From Trueperaceae bacterium (GTDB taxonomy: Bacteria > Deinococcota > Deinococci > Deinococcales > Trueperaceae): a DNA stretch of 64,000 bases. The notes beneath the pieces were generated by a model, which had not been told where the DNA came from, searched no databases, and was given only the letters and a program-made list of their open reading frames with translations. Location: assembly GCA_965213925.1 (NCBI GenBank), contig OZ243927.1, forward strand, positions 4,096,001 to 4,160,000. The letters run 5' to 3'. Made by a program: the position numbers and the translations under genes. This document shows positions 63,475 to 64,000 of this stretch, piece by piece (position 1 is the stretch's first letter; every line of letters starts with the position of its first letter).

Positions 63475-64000
63475 GTGACGGTGACGGACCCAACTTCAAT
63501 ATCGGTGGCAGAGACGCTTTCTCGAGCCGCTTTGGTGAAGCTCGAGGGGGTACGCTTCCGCTGGAAGCCGGGCGCACCCTCAGTGCTCGACATTGAGGCG
63601 TTCGCCGTCAAACAAGGCGAGAAGGTCTTCCTCAAAGGACCCTCGGGCAGCGGTAAGAGCACGCTCCTCAATTTGGTTGCAGGCGTCATCGTCCCGCAAG
63701 AAGGCACCGTCACGGTGGGCGATACGGCAGTTTCCACCCTGCGCGGAGCGCGGCGCGACGCATTCCGGGCGGACCACATCGGCTTCATCTTCCAGATGTT
63801 TAACCTCATCGCGTACCTCTCGGTGCTGGAAAACGTGACGCTGGCGCTGACCTTTTCAAAACGCCGCGAGGCGCGTACAAAGGCGTCGGGCGCGGCGAAC
63901 GAGGAGGCGGCGCGGCTGCTGAGCCGCTTAGGATTAGACGACGCGCTCGGGTCGCGCCGCGTGACCGAGCTGAGCATCGGGCAGCAGCAGCGCGTGGCGG
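63475..64000 (+). CDS. ABC transporter ATP-binding protein (ZrgB/LolD-like), truncated by the window end
   Basis: Translated by hand: GPSGSGKSTLL, IGFIFQMFNL and LSIGQQQRV; GTG 6 nt after TACACT. Confidence 0.85.
   Translation, partial: MTVTDPTSISVAETLSRAALVKLEGVRFRWKPGAPSVLDIEAFAVKQGEKVFLKGPSGSGKSTLLNLVAGVIVPQEGTVTVGDTAVSTLRGARRDAFRADHIGFIFQMFNLIAYLSVLENVTLALTFSKRREARTKASGAANEEAARLLSRLGLDDALGSRRVTELSIGQQQRVA

Noticed and set aside
63321..63977. 218-aa minus-strand ORF
   Set aside because: Antisense shadow of the plus-strand ABC ATPase

Overview
A roughly 60% GC bacterial chromosomal window, most likely Deinococcota/Trueperaceae-like (inferred from RecJ architecture, gene content and many leaderless starts). 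It is mostly housekeeping: deoC with an ALDH16-type aldehyde dehydrogenase, recJ, DEAD-box helicase, mnmA, folPBK, sucAB, hisA, guaB, rbfA, mutY, a class A PBP, an M16 peptidase pair, uvrB, osmC and a Zur-type zinc-uptake island. Small accessory units are interspersed: VapBC plus two GNATs inside the deoC operon, a low-GC Schlafen/AlbA_2 gene, a pentapeptide-repeat gene, a higBA pair and an IS701-like remnant. Non-coding structure includes two families of TA-flanked MITE-like elements (one demonstrably frameshifts higB, one supplies the mutY stop codon), inverted heptamer-repeat elements, a yybP-ykoY riboswitch on a CaCA antiporter, a candidate rod-like ncRNA upstream of sucA, and strong over-representation of the palindrome CTCGAG. 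No rRNA, tRNA or CRISPR array was seen. All family calls come from motif recognition by eye; no database search was run.
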